The notes below the pieces were generated by a model. It was not told the DNA's origin. It did not search any database and saw only the letters and a program-made list of their open reading frames with translations. Below are positions 46,401 to 57,300 of a stretch of 64,000 nucleotides of DNA, piece after piece. Source of the stretch: an uncultured Candidatus Rokubacteria bacterium (GTDB taxonomy: Bacteria; Methylomirabilota; Methylomirabilia; Rokubacteriales; DASRDR01); the NCBI GenBank assembly GCA_963805625.1, contig CAWDVE010000010.1:32001-96000 (forward strand), in the 5' to 3' direction. Position 1 is the stretch's first letter. Each line of letters opens with the position of its first letter. Position numbers and translations under genes: made by a program.

Positions 46401-47664
46401 CCGCCCTGGAATGCTGCCTGTGAACATCCGGGATCCAGACGAAGCGCCTGTTCGAACGATTCAATCGCTTCTTTATGCCTGCCCAGCTTCGTCAGGGCAA
46501 TGCCCCGGAAATAAAATGAGGCAGGATGCTCCCCTTTTTTCAAGCAGAGCCTGGTCAAATGATGCCAGCGCATCCTCGTACCGGCTCAGCCTGATGCAGG
46601 CAACTCCTTTCAGGTACAACGCATCGGAATTTTCCGGCTCAAATGAGAGAGTACTGTCAAAATCCAGCATCGCATCCCGGTACTTATGCAGATGGGAAAA
46701 CGCAATGCCACGATTGTAATATGCGGGAGTGTTTCCCGGGCTGAGCTCTATGACTTTATTAAACGCAGAGACTGCATCGGTATATTTTTGCATCGCGTTG
46801 AATGCAAGTCCTTTATGAAGCCATGCATCAGCCACAAGCGGGTTCATCTCAAGGGACCGGTCGAGTGCTGCTACAGCTTCGTCATATCTTCCGATTCTGA
46901 AAAGAGAAATTCCTTTTATTGCCCAGATATCAGCATGCCCAGGTTCCTGCCTGAGAAATGTATCGGCCGATTCGACAGCTTCTTCAAAACGTTCCTGCTT
47001 CGCGTAAATAAAACTGCGGTAATACCAGACCCATATATCAGTGGAATCTATTTCAAATGCTTTATTGAATGCAATCAGCGCGTCATCATATTTCCCGATG
47101 TCGTAGAGTGAGATTCCCTTATTATAGAATGCCTTTGCGTAACCGGGTACGATTTCGATGGCCTTATCGTATGCCAGAATTGCTTCAGAGTGCATGTTGA
47201 GATCGGCAAGTGCAATTCCCTTGTTATAATAGACTTTCGCATGCCGGGGATCGACGGTCAGTGCGTGATCATATGCACCGATTGCTTCTTTGTAGCGCCC
47301 CAGTCTCATAAAAAGCAATGCCTTTAAGGATCCATGCTTCGGCGTTGTCCCATTTGATGGTCAGTAAACGATCACATGCTTCCAGGACATCCTCGTTTCT
47401 TCCCATCTGGGCGAGGGTCGCTGCTTTATTATACCAGGCATTGGTATCAATGGGATCGATAGCAACTGCATGATCATACGCATCGATGGCATCCTCGTAT
47501 CTGCCGAGATCATACAGAGCAATGCCTTTAAAATAATAGGCTTTTGAAAAATCGGGAAAGAGGGCAAGCGCACGATCAAACATGACAATGGCTTCCTGAT
47601 ACCTGCCAAGGTCATAGAGTTCGATGCCCTGTCGCAACAATGCCTCAGCATCACTCTTATTCAT
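31443..47664 (-). CDS. Giant TPR-repeat protein (about 5,400 aa if joined), broken by roughly 9-10 single-base frameshifts
   Basis: Consecutive overlapping ORFs (47269-47664, 46473-47318, 41426-46573, 38617-41496, 38187-38768, 38039-38314, 36167-37723, 34684-36249, 31443-34760) are all uninterrupted 34-aa TPRs that stay in register across the junctions. Confidence 0.85.
35372..38623 (-). repeat. About 4 near-identical tandem copies of an 816-bp unit (272 aa, 8 TPRs)
   Basis: GCATCGTGTGCAAGAACCTGG recurs at about 35921, 36738, 37554 and 38371. Confidence 0.92.
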
Positions 47665-48044
47665 GGATTTCTTACCTCACAGTAAACAATTTGGAATTTT
47701 GGTATTTTCCGCACAGACCGTTTAAGTGTACCGGTTTAATAAGGCGGCATATACCTTTTCTGGTATATATGTATGACAACACGGTATTTATGAATGCTAT
47801 TTTTATACGATGAGATCATCTTTTCTTTTTTTCCGAATCATGTATCCGTTTTTCCTGCCGGTAATTCAGGTGAAAGGATATGACTCTGACCTTTACCATG
47901 ATAAAATCCATTATGGATGGTTTGCAGGAGACTTTCTCCCGCGAGCCCCGGTACCACTATCAGCATTACCTTGAATGGGTACATCGGAAAAAAGAAAAAA
48001 GACCGCTCATCAAAAAAAGTGAAAGATTTGACCTGTTAATTCCA

Positions 48045-48118
48045 AGCCTGTGGCGAGATTTGAACTCGCGACTTCCTCCTTACCAAGGAGGCACACTGCC
48101 GGGCTGTGTCACACAGGC
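48045..48118 (-). tRNA. tRNA-Thr(GGT), CCA not encoded
   Basis: Acceptor stem GCCTGTG/CACAGGC, anticodon arm CCTCC-TTGGTAA-GGAGG, T arm GCGAG-TTCAAAT-CTCGC. Confidence 0.95.
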
Positions 48119-48359
48119 AATTGTCGGTATTGAAGCAACCAGGATGGTCAGAACACATGCCAGACCAATAAACCACGGGCAGGTTGCCTAACTACGTTGT
48201 GAGTACTCCCTATAAAACATTGCGGAACTTCAGGAATAGTTCTGATAAAACAGGCTTTTCCGGAAATAATAATTACAGCCGAGGTTTTGATTTTATTCAG
48301 CGGTTCGAATCTTTCAATACCCGGGAAATAAACTCTTAGAGAATACCGGGGAACGATAG

Positions 48360-49457
48360 ATGTCGCACGTACTGGTCTCGCCGCTGAACTGGGGTCTGGG
48401 GCATGCAACCCGGGATATTCCCGTAATCCGGAACCTGCTCGACCATAACCATGAGGTAACGGTTGCCGCAAGCGGGAACGCACGTGCTGTCCTGGAGAAG
48501 GAATTTCCTGAATGCCGCTCTGTTGAGTTTCCCGATTATCCCGTCCCGTATAGCCAGAGCCGTTTTTTTCTTCCGAAATTCGTTGCTTCCTTCCCCCTCA
48601 TGTTAAAGGCGATCTCGGATGAACGAAAGAACCTGGACCGGATTCTTGCACAGGATACCTATGATCTGATCATCAGCGATAACCGGCTGGGAGTCTACTC
48701 CTCCAAAATCCCGTCCGTCTTCATCACCCACCAGCTCCACTACCACCTCCCCCTCATCTTCTGGCCCGCAGAACTCCTCGCAGTCGCCATGAACGGACTG
48801 GTGCACGGAAAATACCGGCATATCATCGTACCGGACAATCCTCCGGGCCCGACCGCCCTTGCAGGGAAACTGTCACGTCCGGAAACAGATGCGACAAAGA
48901 AAAGAGTATTTTTTTCCGGTATCCTGACAAGCACCCGCAGATGGAGAAGTGAGGAGGATCTCGATTACCTTGTCCTGATCTCCGGGCCGGAACCCCAGAG
49001 GACGCAGCTCGAGAAGATCCTGCTGCCCCGTATTCATACCCTCGGGGGAAACAGCGTAATCCTGCTTGGAAGCCCGTCAAACCATGCACTTCCAGAACAA
49101 ACCGGTTCATGCAGGATCATTCCCTATGCATCCACCCGCGATAAAGAAAATCTCATGAACCGTGCACGCTGCATCATCTGTCGTTCCGGCTACACCTCCA
49201 TGATGGAGATAGCAGAACTTGGGAAGCGTCATGCCCTTTTCATCCCTACCCCCGGCCAGACCGAACAGGAATACCTGTCATGGTACTATGAAAAGCAGGG
49301 ATGGTTCCATTCACAGAACCAGTACCGGCTCGATCTGCCCGCCGATATCCGGATCGCACAGCAGCCCTGCTACACGGGATTTCCCGCAGTACAGAAGACA
49401 GAAGAGAATGTAAAAAGGCTGTATGACCAGGTACTCTCCCAGTATCTTGAGCAGTGA
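48360..49457 (+). CDS. GT-B glycosyltransferase (GT28/MurG-like)
   Basis: NWGLGHATR, LIISDNR, SGPEPQRT, RSGYTSMME and PTPGQTEQEYL motifs. Confidence 0.88.
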   Translation: MSHVLVSPLNWGLGHATRDIPVIRNLLDHNHEVTVAASGNARAVLEKEFPECRSVEFPDYPVPYSQSRFFLPKFVASFPLMLKAISDERKNLDRILAQDTYDLIISDNRLGVYSSKIPSVFITHQLHYHLPLIFWPAELLAVAMNGLVHGKYRHIIVPDNPPGPTALAGKLSRPETDATKKRVFFSGILTSTRRWRSEEDLDYLVLISGPEPQRTQLEKILLPRIHTLGGNSVILLGSPSNHALPEQTGSCRIIPYASTRDKENLMNRARCIICRSGYTSMMEIAELGKRHALFIPTPGQTEQEYLSWYYEKQGWFHSQNQYRLDLPADIRIAQQPCYTGFPAVQKTEENVKRLYDQVLSQYLEQ

Positions 49458-49512
49458 GGTATTTTTCCGCAAAATCCCAAGCAGTTTATATGCAGAAATG
49501 CTACTATTTTCC

Positions 49513-49731
49513 ATGGATGATCTCGTTGTCTCGGGGGTACTCGGACTTGTCGCGATCTATCTGGCGCTCTTCCTTTTTCTTTTTGCGATATATGCTATTG
49601 GCCGGTTGATGTACACGTCACTTGCCGCCGGGGATTTCGGGGTTGTACTTGGCGGTGCAATTGCCATTCTGATTTCAGTAATGCTTTATTTCGGAATTGG
49701 CTTCTGGTTACGGAAGACTGACAGAATCTGA
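49513..49731 (+). CDS. Small membrane protein (2 TM helices)
   Basis: 72 aa hydrophobic ORF; TTTATAT box at about 49485. Confidence 0.65.
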   Translation: MDDLVVSGVLGLVAIYLALFLFLFAIYAIGRLMYTSLAAGDFGVVLGGAIAILISVMLYFGIGFWLRKTDRI

Positions 49732-49879
49732 TTTGCTATGGTTTTCGGGTGTCCGGGTTTTTTCTGAGCATGTTATCTGAAGTTCTGGAAAGACATCACA
49801 AACAGGGAAATTTGCATCTGACAATGAAAATCGCAGTAGTGGAAATCATGAGGGACTGGTTTCTTTATACTTTATTCAG

Positions 49880-50245
49880 GAGCAACGCCGCCGCCCCCGA
49901 AGGGACGCCCCCGCGGCGGATCAATAACAAAAAATTCTCACGAAACCAACTGACCGCCGATGCTCCTGGAGAGGCCATGAAGCGGATTGTCACAAATGGT
50001 AACGATTTTCTGGAAAAGACATGATATATCTCGCATCCGGATTTCGAGAATTGTGTATTCAGATATAGATCAGAAATTGGCAGCTCTCCATACCATAAAA
50101 GGAAACATACTGCCCCGCCGATTTGACCTGCGGCGGATCGGCAACAAAAAAATTCTCCCTGAACCTGCTGACCCGCCGTGCCTCGGAGAGGCCCTGAGGC
50201 GGGTGACATTCATAAATGTCGATGATTTTCTGGAAAAGGACATGA
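49880..50245 (-). repeat. Tandem pair (about 220 bp period) of the B-spacer-A unit
   Basis: Intact A(rc) about 49887-49919 with degenerate B, then degenerate A with intact B(rc) 50171-50204; shared flank GATTTTCTGGAAAAG..CATGAT. Confidence 0.88.
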
Positions 50246-50379
50246 TCAAGGAGCTCGCATAGGAAGCTCGAGTCATAGTATTACGGGATAATCGGAAATT
50301 TTTCAGATTTCCATACTCTAAAAAGATAAACGCCTATCGCAGGGTTCCCGGTCGAATAATCAAACAGGATATCCCAGGA

Positions 50380-51234
50380 TTACCGGTTACACTGGTGATC
50401 CCAGCTTCCATCCGATGATTTTTTCGGGATTTTCGGTAACAGCCGTGCTGCAAGTGCGGCAAGGATAAAGAAACAGATGGTAACCAGGACAATTGCCCCC
50501 CCCGGTGCAAGGTCATACATGAATGACAACTGCAACCCGGCGACAACTGACAAGACGGCGACGCCGCATGCGGAGAACACGGTCTGTCTGAACGGCATCT
50601 TCAGTTGTATTGCTGCGGATGCCGGAATTACGATCAGGCTTGAAACCATGAGCACGCCAACGAGCCTCATCGCAACCACCACGGTTAAACCGGTCAGGAT
50701 CGTGAAAACAAGTTCCAGTGCCGACACCGGCAGGCCTGAGACTCTTGCAAACTCCGCATCGATGGTGATCCCGACCCATTCCTTCCAGAACAGCAATAAA
50801 ATGCTGATGACGGTAACCCCGAGGGCTGCGGCAAGGTAGAGGTCGGTCTGGTTTATGCCGAGAATTGTCCCGAAAAGGAAGGACAGGACATCAACAGCCA
50901 CATTATGCGTGATACTGATCATGATAATCCCGATGGCAAGCCCGGCTGCAAACATGATCGCAATTGCTGCATCCGAGGCCACTCGCAATCTATTGAGTGT
51001 GTGTATGCCCAGCGACCCGAGAACTACGCCGACAACCGCCGTGTATAAGGGGTAAATTCCCGTGAATAAACCCAGAGCAATCCCGCCAAAAGCCACATGA
51101 CTCAGCCCGTCTGCAATGAGGGAAAGCCTCCGGAGGACGAGGAATACCCCGAGGCTCGAACAGGTGACTGCGATGATCAGCCCCCCTATCAGTGCACGGA
51201 CACCAAACTGGTAGGATAAAAACTCAAGGACCAT
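50380..51234 (-). CDS. Zn/Mn ABC transporter permease (ZnuB-like)
   Basis: LGVFLVLRRLSLIADGLSHVAFGG and FLFGTIL motifs. Confidence 0.92.
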   Translation of the reverse strand: MVLEFLSYQFGVRALIGGLIIAVTCSSLGVFLVLRRLSLIADGLSHVAFGGIALGLFTGIYPLYTAVVGVVLGSLGIHTLNRLRVASDAAIAIMFAAGLAIGIIMISITHNVAVDVLSFLFGTILGINQTDLYLAAALGVTVISILLLFWKEWVGITIDAEFARVSGLPVSALELVFTILTGLTVVVAMRLVGVLMVSSLIVIPASAAIQLKMPFRQTVFSACGVAVLSVVAGLQLSFMYDLAPGGAIVLVTICFFILAALAARLLPKIPKKSSDGSWDHQCNR

Positions 51235-51243
51235 GGTCTGCTC

Positions 51244-52008
51244 TCAGGTAATTTTTCCTGCCGTTATCATCAGGTTCCACAGACCTTCTGCATTAAGACT
51301 CGCTGAGGGACCATCATAGATCACCTTTCTCTGCAGGAATATGACCCTTTCAACGTGAGCTGCGAGATCGGGCAGATCGTGCAGGATCATCAGGACCGTG
51401 ATCCGGTGCACTTTATTCAGATGGCTGACAAGGGTATAGAATTCCTGTTTGCTCTGTGCATCGATACCGTTTGTGGGTTCATCGAGCGCGATGATGTGTG
51501 GTCTGCCGACAAGAGCACGGGCAATCAGGGTTCTCTGCTGCTGTCCACCGGAGAGGTCGGAAAACTGGTCATACTGCACATGATCGAGACCTGCTTCTGC
51601 GATAGCGGTATCGACCGCCTCCCTGCTGTCGGAATTCATCCGTTTGAACAGCCCGATCTGGCCAAACGTTCCCATTTCGACGATCTCGCGGGCAGTTACC
51701 GGAAATTGTTCCTGCCTGATAACCGGGTTCTGGGGAACGTAGCCGATGCAGGGCCTGCAGGGAGTCATCCCTTCGCATTCATCGATATGGCAGGTAAATG
51801 AAACAGTGCCCTTATCGGGTTTCAGGAGGCCGACCATGATCTTCATGAGCGTGGATTTTCCCGAACCGTTTGGCCCGGCAATTCCCACGATCTCCTCCTG
51901 GCGAATCGAAAGAGATACATCTTCCAGTACTGGATTTGCACCGTAAGCAAACCAGACATTGTTCAGGGTCAGACAGACCTTTTCGCTTCCCGGAAGAATC
52001 ACTGGCAT
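51244..52008 (-). CDS. Zn/Mn ABC transporter ATPase (ZnuC-like)
   Basis: GPNGSGKST, IGYVPQ, LSGGQQQR and LDEPT motifs. Confidence 0.93.
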   Translation of the reverse strand: MPVILPGSEKVCLTLNNVWFAYGANPVLEDVSLSIRQEEIVGIAGPNGSGKSTLMKIMVGLLKPDKGTVSFTCHIDECEGMTPCRPCIGYVPQNPVIRQEQFPVTAREIVEMGTFGQIGLFKRMNSDSREAVDTAIAEAGLDHVQYDQFSDLSGGQQQRTLIARALVGRPHIIALDEPTNGIDAQSKQEFYTLVSHLNKVHRITVLMILHDLPDLAAHVERVIFLQRKVIYDGPSASLNAEGLWNLMITAGKIT

Positions 52009-53002
52009 AGCATCGCTTTTTTCATTTCCTGCAGGTTAGTTTCCATGATCGCTACATAATCGGTATCGCCCTCTTTAAGGGGACCAGACGGGAGCACCTC
52101 CATGGTGGTGAAGGAATACACGGGAATATCGAGTTCTTCTGATATCGATTTACTCAGGTCTTCTGCTTCATCCGGCTCCACGAGAATACCCCTGACATTG
52201 TGTGCCTTCGCTTCTTCGATGATAGCAGACATCTGTTTTATTGACGGCTGAGTATCGGGGCCTGTCCCGGCAATCGGGATCTGGGTCAGGTTATACGTCG
52301 CTGCAATATAATCAAGGAAGGAGTGTGAGCTCAGGAATGTTCTGGTGGTACAGTTTGAAAACCCCGTCGTATAGTCGGAATCGAGCTGCTCCAGTCGTTT
52401 TTCAAATTCCACAGCATTATTCTGGTAATCGGACGCATTTTCCGGATCTATTTCAGATAACTCCCGGGCGACATGGGCTACGTAGTACTCTGGTAAGCTG
52501 TGGTGATAACCAGAGGTGCGGGTCCCGGGTCATATCCGGGAAGCCGGGGTATCGGTTTTTCATCTGATCGTATTCAGGTACCGATACAGCATCGGCAAAG
52601 GTCACGAGTTTTATATCAGGGTTTGACGAGGCTGCAAGATCGGCTGCCCAGGGTTCGAGAAACGGTCCGGCATAAAAGAAGATCCTTCCGTTTTTAAGCG
52701 CTACGGCATCGTTTGGTGTCGGTTCATATTCATGGGGATCTGCCCCGGGAGGAAGTATCTGGGTTATCGATAGGTGATCCCCGCCAATGGGTCCGACCAG
52801 GAGGGTGAACGGGCGAAATGACGTAATTACCTGAACCCTGCCACCCTGGCCGGGCTGTGCCGGTACTACTCGAGCCGGATACGCCGGGATCCGATGGGGA
52901 TACCGCTGGTGAGCTGGTCAGGCAACCGCTTCCTGCGATTATTGCAATAACCATTGCCATGGCCAGTATCGTCAGAATCGTTGTGTAATGTCTTTGTGTC
53001 AT
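51999..53002 (-). CDS. Zn/Mn ABC substrate-binding lipoprotein (ZnuA-like), multiply frameshifted between about 52480 and 52850
   Basis: Lipobox AGSGC; fragments PHEYEPTPND, DPHLWLSP and SHSFLDY lie in different frames. Confidence 0.75.
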
Positions 53003-53081
53003 CCGGATCAAAATCCCCCCGGCACTCCAGGTCTTTCCTGCAAATCTAATTCACAGGTTCTGCTTATAATAGTTGTGAGAA

Positions 53082-53100
53082 TTTTGGATAGTGTCCAAAA
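53082..53100. promoter_or_regulatory. Palindromic operator TTTTG-N9-CAAAA upstream of the metal ABC operon
   Basis: TTTTGGATAGTGTCCAAAA, a 19-bp near-perfect palindrome. Confidence 0.65.
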
Positions 53101-53202
53101 ATTACTTTATCACCGGATTCGGGCTTATCCTCCCTGTCTGGAATGGGGAAAACAAACGGGATTGAGAATGTCTGGTTCACAGGGGATATCCGATTTACCG
53201 GC

Positions 53203-53628
53203 TCACACCTCAAGGCAACTGTCATCATGCGTAATATCCCCGCACACGCCTTTTTTCGGATGCCCCATAGCCCTGCACATCTGGTCTATTGCATCCTTTG
53301 ATACGTAGCTCTCAAATCTTGAAGCCTCACGACACGCCTGCTCATGGGAAAGACCAAAATGAGTCAGGGCCAGGGCGAGTATCCTGTGCCTTTTTATCAG
53401 GAATTGTGCGGTAATCTTTCCTTTTTCTGAAAGAGATACCCCATGATAGGGTGTGTAAACCAGAAGTCCTTCACCGGCAAGTTCAGCCATCGTTTTGGTA
53501 ATAGTTGATGGGTCTACACCGAACCCGGCGGCAATAGTATTTGTTTTCACAGGACCGCTTTTACCGTTAATGAACTTGATGTAGTCGACTTTCCTTGGCG
53601 AAAGTTCGAGTCCGGTATCTGTGCCCAT
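53203..53628 (-). CDS. DtxR/MntR-family metal-dependent repressor
   Basis: DYIK..IA..FGV.PSTIT..L..YTPYHGV.L...G; RHRIL, EASRFE and MGHP motifs. Confidence 0.9.
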   Translation of the reverse strand: MGTDTGLELSPRKVDYIKFINGKSGPVKTNTIAAGFGVDPSTITKTMAELAGEGLLVYTPYHGVSLSEKGKITAQFLIKRHRILALALTHFGLSHEQACREASRFESYVSKDAIDQMCRAMGHPKKGVCGDITHDDSCLEV

Positions 53629-53658
53629 GCATACATGTTTACGAGTTAACAAAAAAAA

Positions 53659-53677
53659 TTTTGCTGTTACCCCAAAA
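53659..53677. promoter_or_regulatory. Second TTTTG-N9-CAAAA site upstream of the repressor gene (possible autoregulation)
   Basis: TTTTGCTGTTACCCCAAAA, 31 bp before the start codon. Confidence 0.5.
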
Positions 53678-53756
53678 ATTTCAGTGAGTCTCCAGAGCTA
53701 AAATTTTGTGTATTCAATTCACGGTAAACCATGTCTTATTAAGAAACGTGAAAACA

Positions 53757-54284
53757 GTCTCTGTTGAAACGAGCATGAACTGGAGTTCGCACCCATACTG
53801 TGAAAATCATTAAACCATGTAATTTCAGGAGGATCCCCCGCCTCAGGGCCTCTCCGAGGCACGGCGGGGCAGTGCGGTGTTTGCAAATCATGTTTACAGA
53901 CACTGATCCGCCGCGGGGGCGCCCCGTCGGGGGCGGCGGGGTTCATCGCAAATAATTAAGGGATATAGACATTCCACAACGCACATCAGTTTAATTCAAT
54001 TTAATATGGAAATGTCCCGGTATTTCCATTCTGTGTGCCTGTGGCCGCAGGCATCGTGTCTATTTTCATGGGAAACCATAAGCAGTCCAACAAATTGCGA
54101 ATCACCTGGTGTTGGACGGGAAGTGCCTGTCCCCCCGAACCGCTCCTGTGCTTTGTGATGGTGTTGTATTACCTTCTCTGGAATTATTGCTCCAGAGGGG
54201 GATACAACAGCGGGGGTGGAGGCATTACGCAGCGTGGCCAAAAAAGAGTATTGAGAAAAATATTATGAGGATTTCGACAGAGCC
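53757..54284 (+). mobile_element. MITE-like composite element, copy 3 (528 bp)
   Basis: Termini GTCTCTGTTGAAAC and ATTTCGACAGAGCC; B 53836-53869, A 53908-53939, module C about 54117-54182. Confidence 0.78.
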
Positions 54285-54302
54285 TAAAAATGATTTGTGT
54301 AT

Positions 54303-57300
54303 TTATACCGGCTTATAGCCGAGAGCCTGCACAAGGGCAATCATCTCTCCAACCTGCTCTTCCTGCTCTTTTGTCAGCCTGCGGTTTTTCTGGATTAAAC
54401 GCCCCATCCTGATAATCTGAAGACGCTGGTCATGGGAAAGTGATTCGGAATGACGGGCCCACTTGATCAGGCCCAGCCATTGCCTTCTGTTAAACGAGAA
54501 GGCAGGAGAGGGGAACATATCCCCATAGGTTTGGATTTCACGGACATCCTTATCGGGTTCTTCCACGCCTTCAGACTCATCAGAGACATCCCCTTCAGAT
54601 TCAAGATCTTCTGTTGCTGCTTCTGGATAGACGAGCCCGGGTGATACCTCCTCTTCGTGTATGACTGGCGAGGGTGAAGGCTCCTGGGCAGGCATTGACG
54701 CACGGTTCATCTTCTTCGAAAAGGTCATCTATGCCGGAAAAATTCTGATGGCGGGTGACCGTTCCCGGTGGTTTGTCTTCTGCTGAAGACACAGGAGAAA
54801 CAGGTTCATTTTCCGGAGCGGGAGGGGTTTGTTTTTCGGGGTGATACCAGCTCCAGGGAATGGGATGCAGACTCAATTTTCACGGGAAGAACCGGCTCTT
54901 TTGCAACAATTTCCTGCACCTCCTTTTTTTCTGACCCGGCCAGGTCTGCCTGCGAGAGGGATTGCTCCAGCCGCTGTCGTTCCAGGACGGCAGCCTCAAG
55001 ACGTTCGTCACTGGTCATGTGGTCCTCCCATTCCTCGGCAAGGGCAGTTCTTGCCTGTTCAAGCTCAAGGGTGAGGGCCCGGACCTTCTGCTCAGCCTTC
55101 ACCTTTTCCTCATTCAGGACGCTTACTTCTTCTTCCAGGGATTTTTGCAGGTTACAGACGGTTTCGAGATCTTTTTTAAGATTCTGGAACTTTTTTGCCC
55201 GGTCCTGTTCCTGGTTATCCCGCTCTTCGGTCAGTGCCTGAAGTTCCTCTTCCAGTTTTTTCTTCTCCTGGACTGCGATATTGGACTTTTCTTCAGCGAT
55301 CCGGCGGCTTTTTTGTTCGTCTTCAAGTCTTGCTTTGAGTGAATTCAGCTCATCAGAAGAGCTGCGGAGATCCTCTTCATAGCGCTGGCGGTTCTGCTCA
55401 ACTGCTTTCAGGTTTTCGTTTGAGGTCCGGTGAAGGCGCTGCTCAGTTTCAAACTCTCCCTTTAACCGTTCAAGTTCGCCAGTAAGCAGCCGGATCTGTT
55501 GTTCGTAGTGTTCCCTGCCGCTTGTAGCCAAAGCCATCTCCTTTGCATAAGCCATATTCTGCGTTTTTGCAGAAGCCAGATCGCGTTCGAGCATTCGCCG
55601 GCTTGCAAGCGTTTCGTCGAGATCGTGTTTTAATCGTATGAATGTCGTTTTGTACGACTCCATATCCGTTTTAACCTGCTCTTCAGTTTTTTCCTTTTCA
55701 AAGACCGCGGCGTTGAGGGTTTCCCTGAGTGACTGCAACTGGCTTTCTTTCTTTTCAAGCTCTTCTTTTACCTGACCCAGTTCGGTCGTCAGGGAACTCA
55801 CCTGTTGTCCGGTTTCCTCTTTTCCCCGGGACAGGAGGGCCAGTTCGTCTGCATATGTCCTGGCCTGAGCCTTCGCGGCGTCAAGATCCGCTTCAAGTGC
55901 CGAACGGGTCGCAGCAGCCTGCGTAAGAGCCTGGTTCAGATCTGCAACCGATGTATCGTACGAAACCTGGGTTGCTCTTACCTGTTCTTCGGTTTTTATC
56001 TTTTCCGCAACAGATTCCGCAAGATCCCGTTCCAGTGATTTTATCTGGTCCTCTTTGGTTTCGAGCGAGGAACTGACGGTCCTGTATTCCGCCTGAAGGG
56101 CGTCCAGTCTGCCCGGTAAGATTATTGATGGTGGACTGAAGGGATGATTCCCGTTGTTCATTTTCCTGCCTGAGTGATTCCAGCTGTTCCTGTCGGGAAA
56201 TCCGCCCGCTTCTCTCGGCCTCCAGTTCTTCTTTCAGCCGTGCCAGATCCGCAACCTTCAGCTGGATGGTCTGGTCAAGACCGGTGATTTTCTCGTTAAG
56301 TTCCTGTTCGGATTGTGCTCTGGCCTGCATCAATGCCCGGATTTCCTGCTCTGCAGCATTCAGCCGGGATTTGTCGGCCTCGAACGCAGATTTCAGGTTT
56401 TCGTGTTCAGGTATGAGTGCATTCAGGTTCTTTTCTGTCAGATCTTTTTGCGCACTCATCTCCGCGAGGGTGGTTTCCAGCGAGACCCGCCGGGTCTTTT
56501 CTTCTTCAAACGCAGATTTCAGGGTTTCATGTTCAGGTATGAGCGCATTCAGGTTCCTTTCTGCCAGATCTTTTTGTGTACTCATCTCCGCGAGGGTGGT
56601 TTCCAGCGAGACCCGCCGGGTCTTTTCCTCTTCAAACGCAGATTTCAGGGTTTCATGTTCAGGTATGAGTGCATTCAGGTTCCTTTCTGCCAGATCTTTT
56701 TGTGTGCTCATCTCCGCGAGGGTGGTCTCCAGCGAGATACAATGGGTTTTTTCTTCTTCGAACTCCTTCTGGACAGAGTCTAATCTCACTTTTGCGGTGT
56801 TGATCTTGGTTAACAACCCGGAGACCTGTTGGCGGAGAGCGTCAGTTTCCGAGAGGTGAAATGATTCGATCTCCTCTTTTTCCCGGAGCAGGGTACGGAT
56901 GTTTTCATCTTTTTTGGCAACGAGAGCCGTATTCTCTTCAAGTTTTCCGGTAAGAGTCCTGATTTCTGCTGTTTTTTGAGCGAGGGCCCGTTCCTTATCT
57001 GCACCTTCGCTGCTCAATGCGACAATTTTCTGATCCTTCTGCTTGACAGTAGCATTCAGGAGATCGATAACACAGGTATGTTCGGTGACACTTTCTTCGA
57101 GAGTTGCAGCAGATTCGGTCAGCCTTTGAATTTCCAGATTCAGTTCGGACAGCTCAGATGATTTGTTGACTGCAATCTCGAAAGAGGAGAGGAGAAACTC
57201 GAGGATTTTGCGCCGGCTGGCGGAGACGACATAGATCCGGTCGTCATGGTTGATTTTGAACTGCGTTTTGATAAGTTCGGGAGTCTGCCGCTCCACAGGT

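Noticed and set aside
48045-48118. Integrative element at tRNA-Thr
   Set aside because: No integrase, and I saw no duplicated tRNA 3' end in the window
52480-52850. Diversified or hypervariable segment in the ZnuA-like gene
   Set aside because: A cluster of indels scrambling recognisable motifs fits low-quality consensus or decay; no template repeat or reverse transcriptase is present
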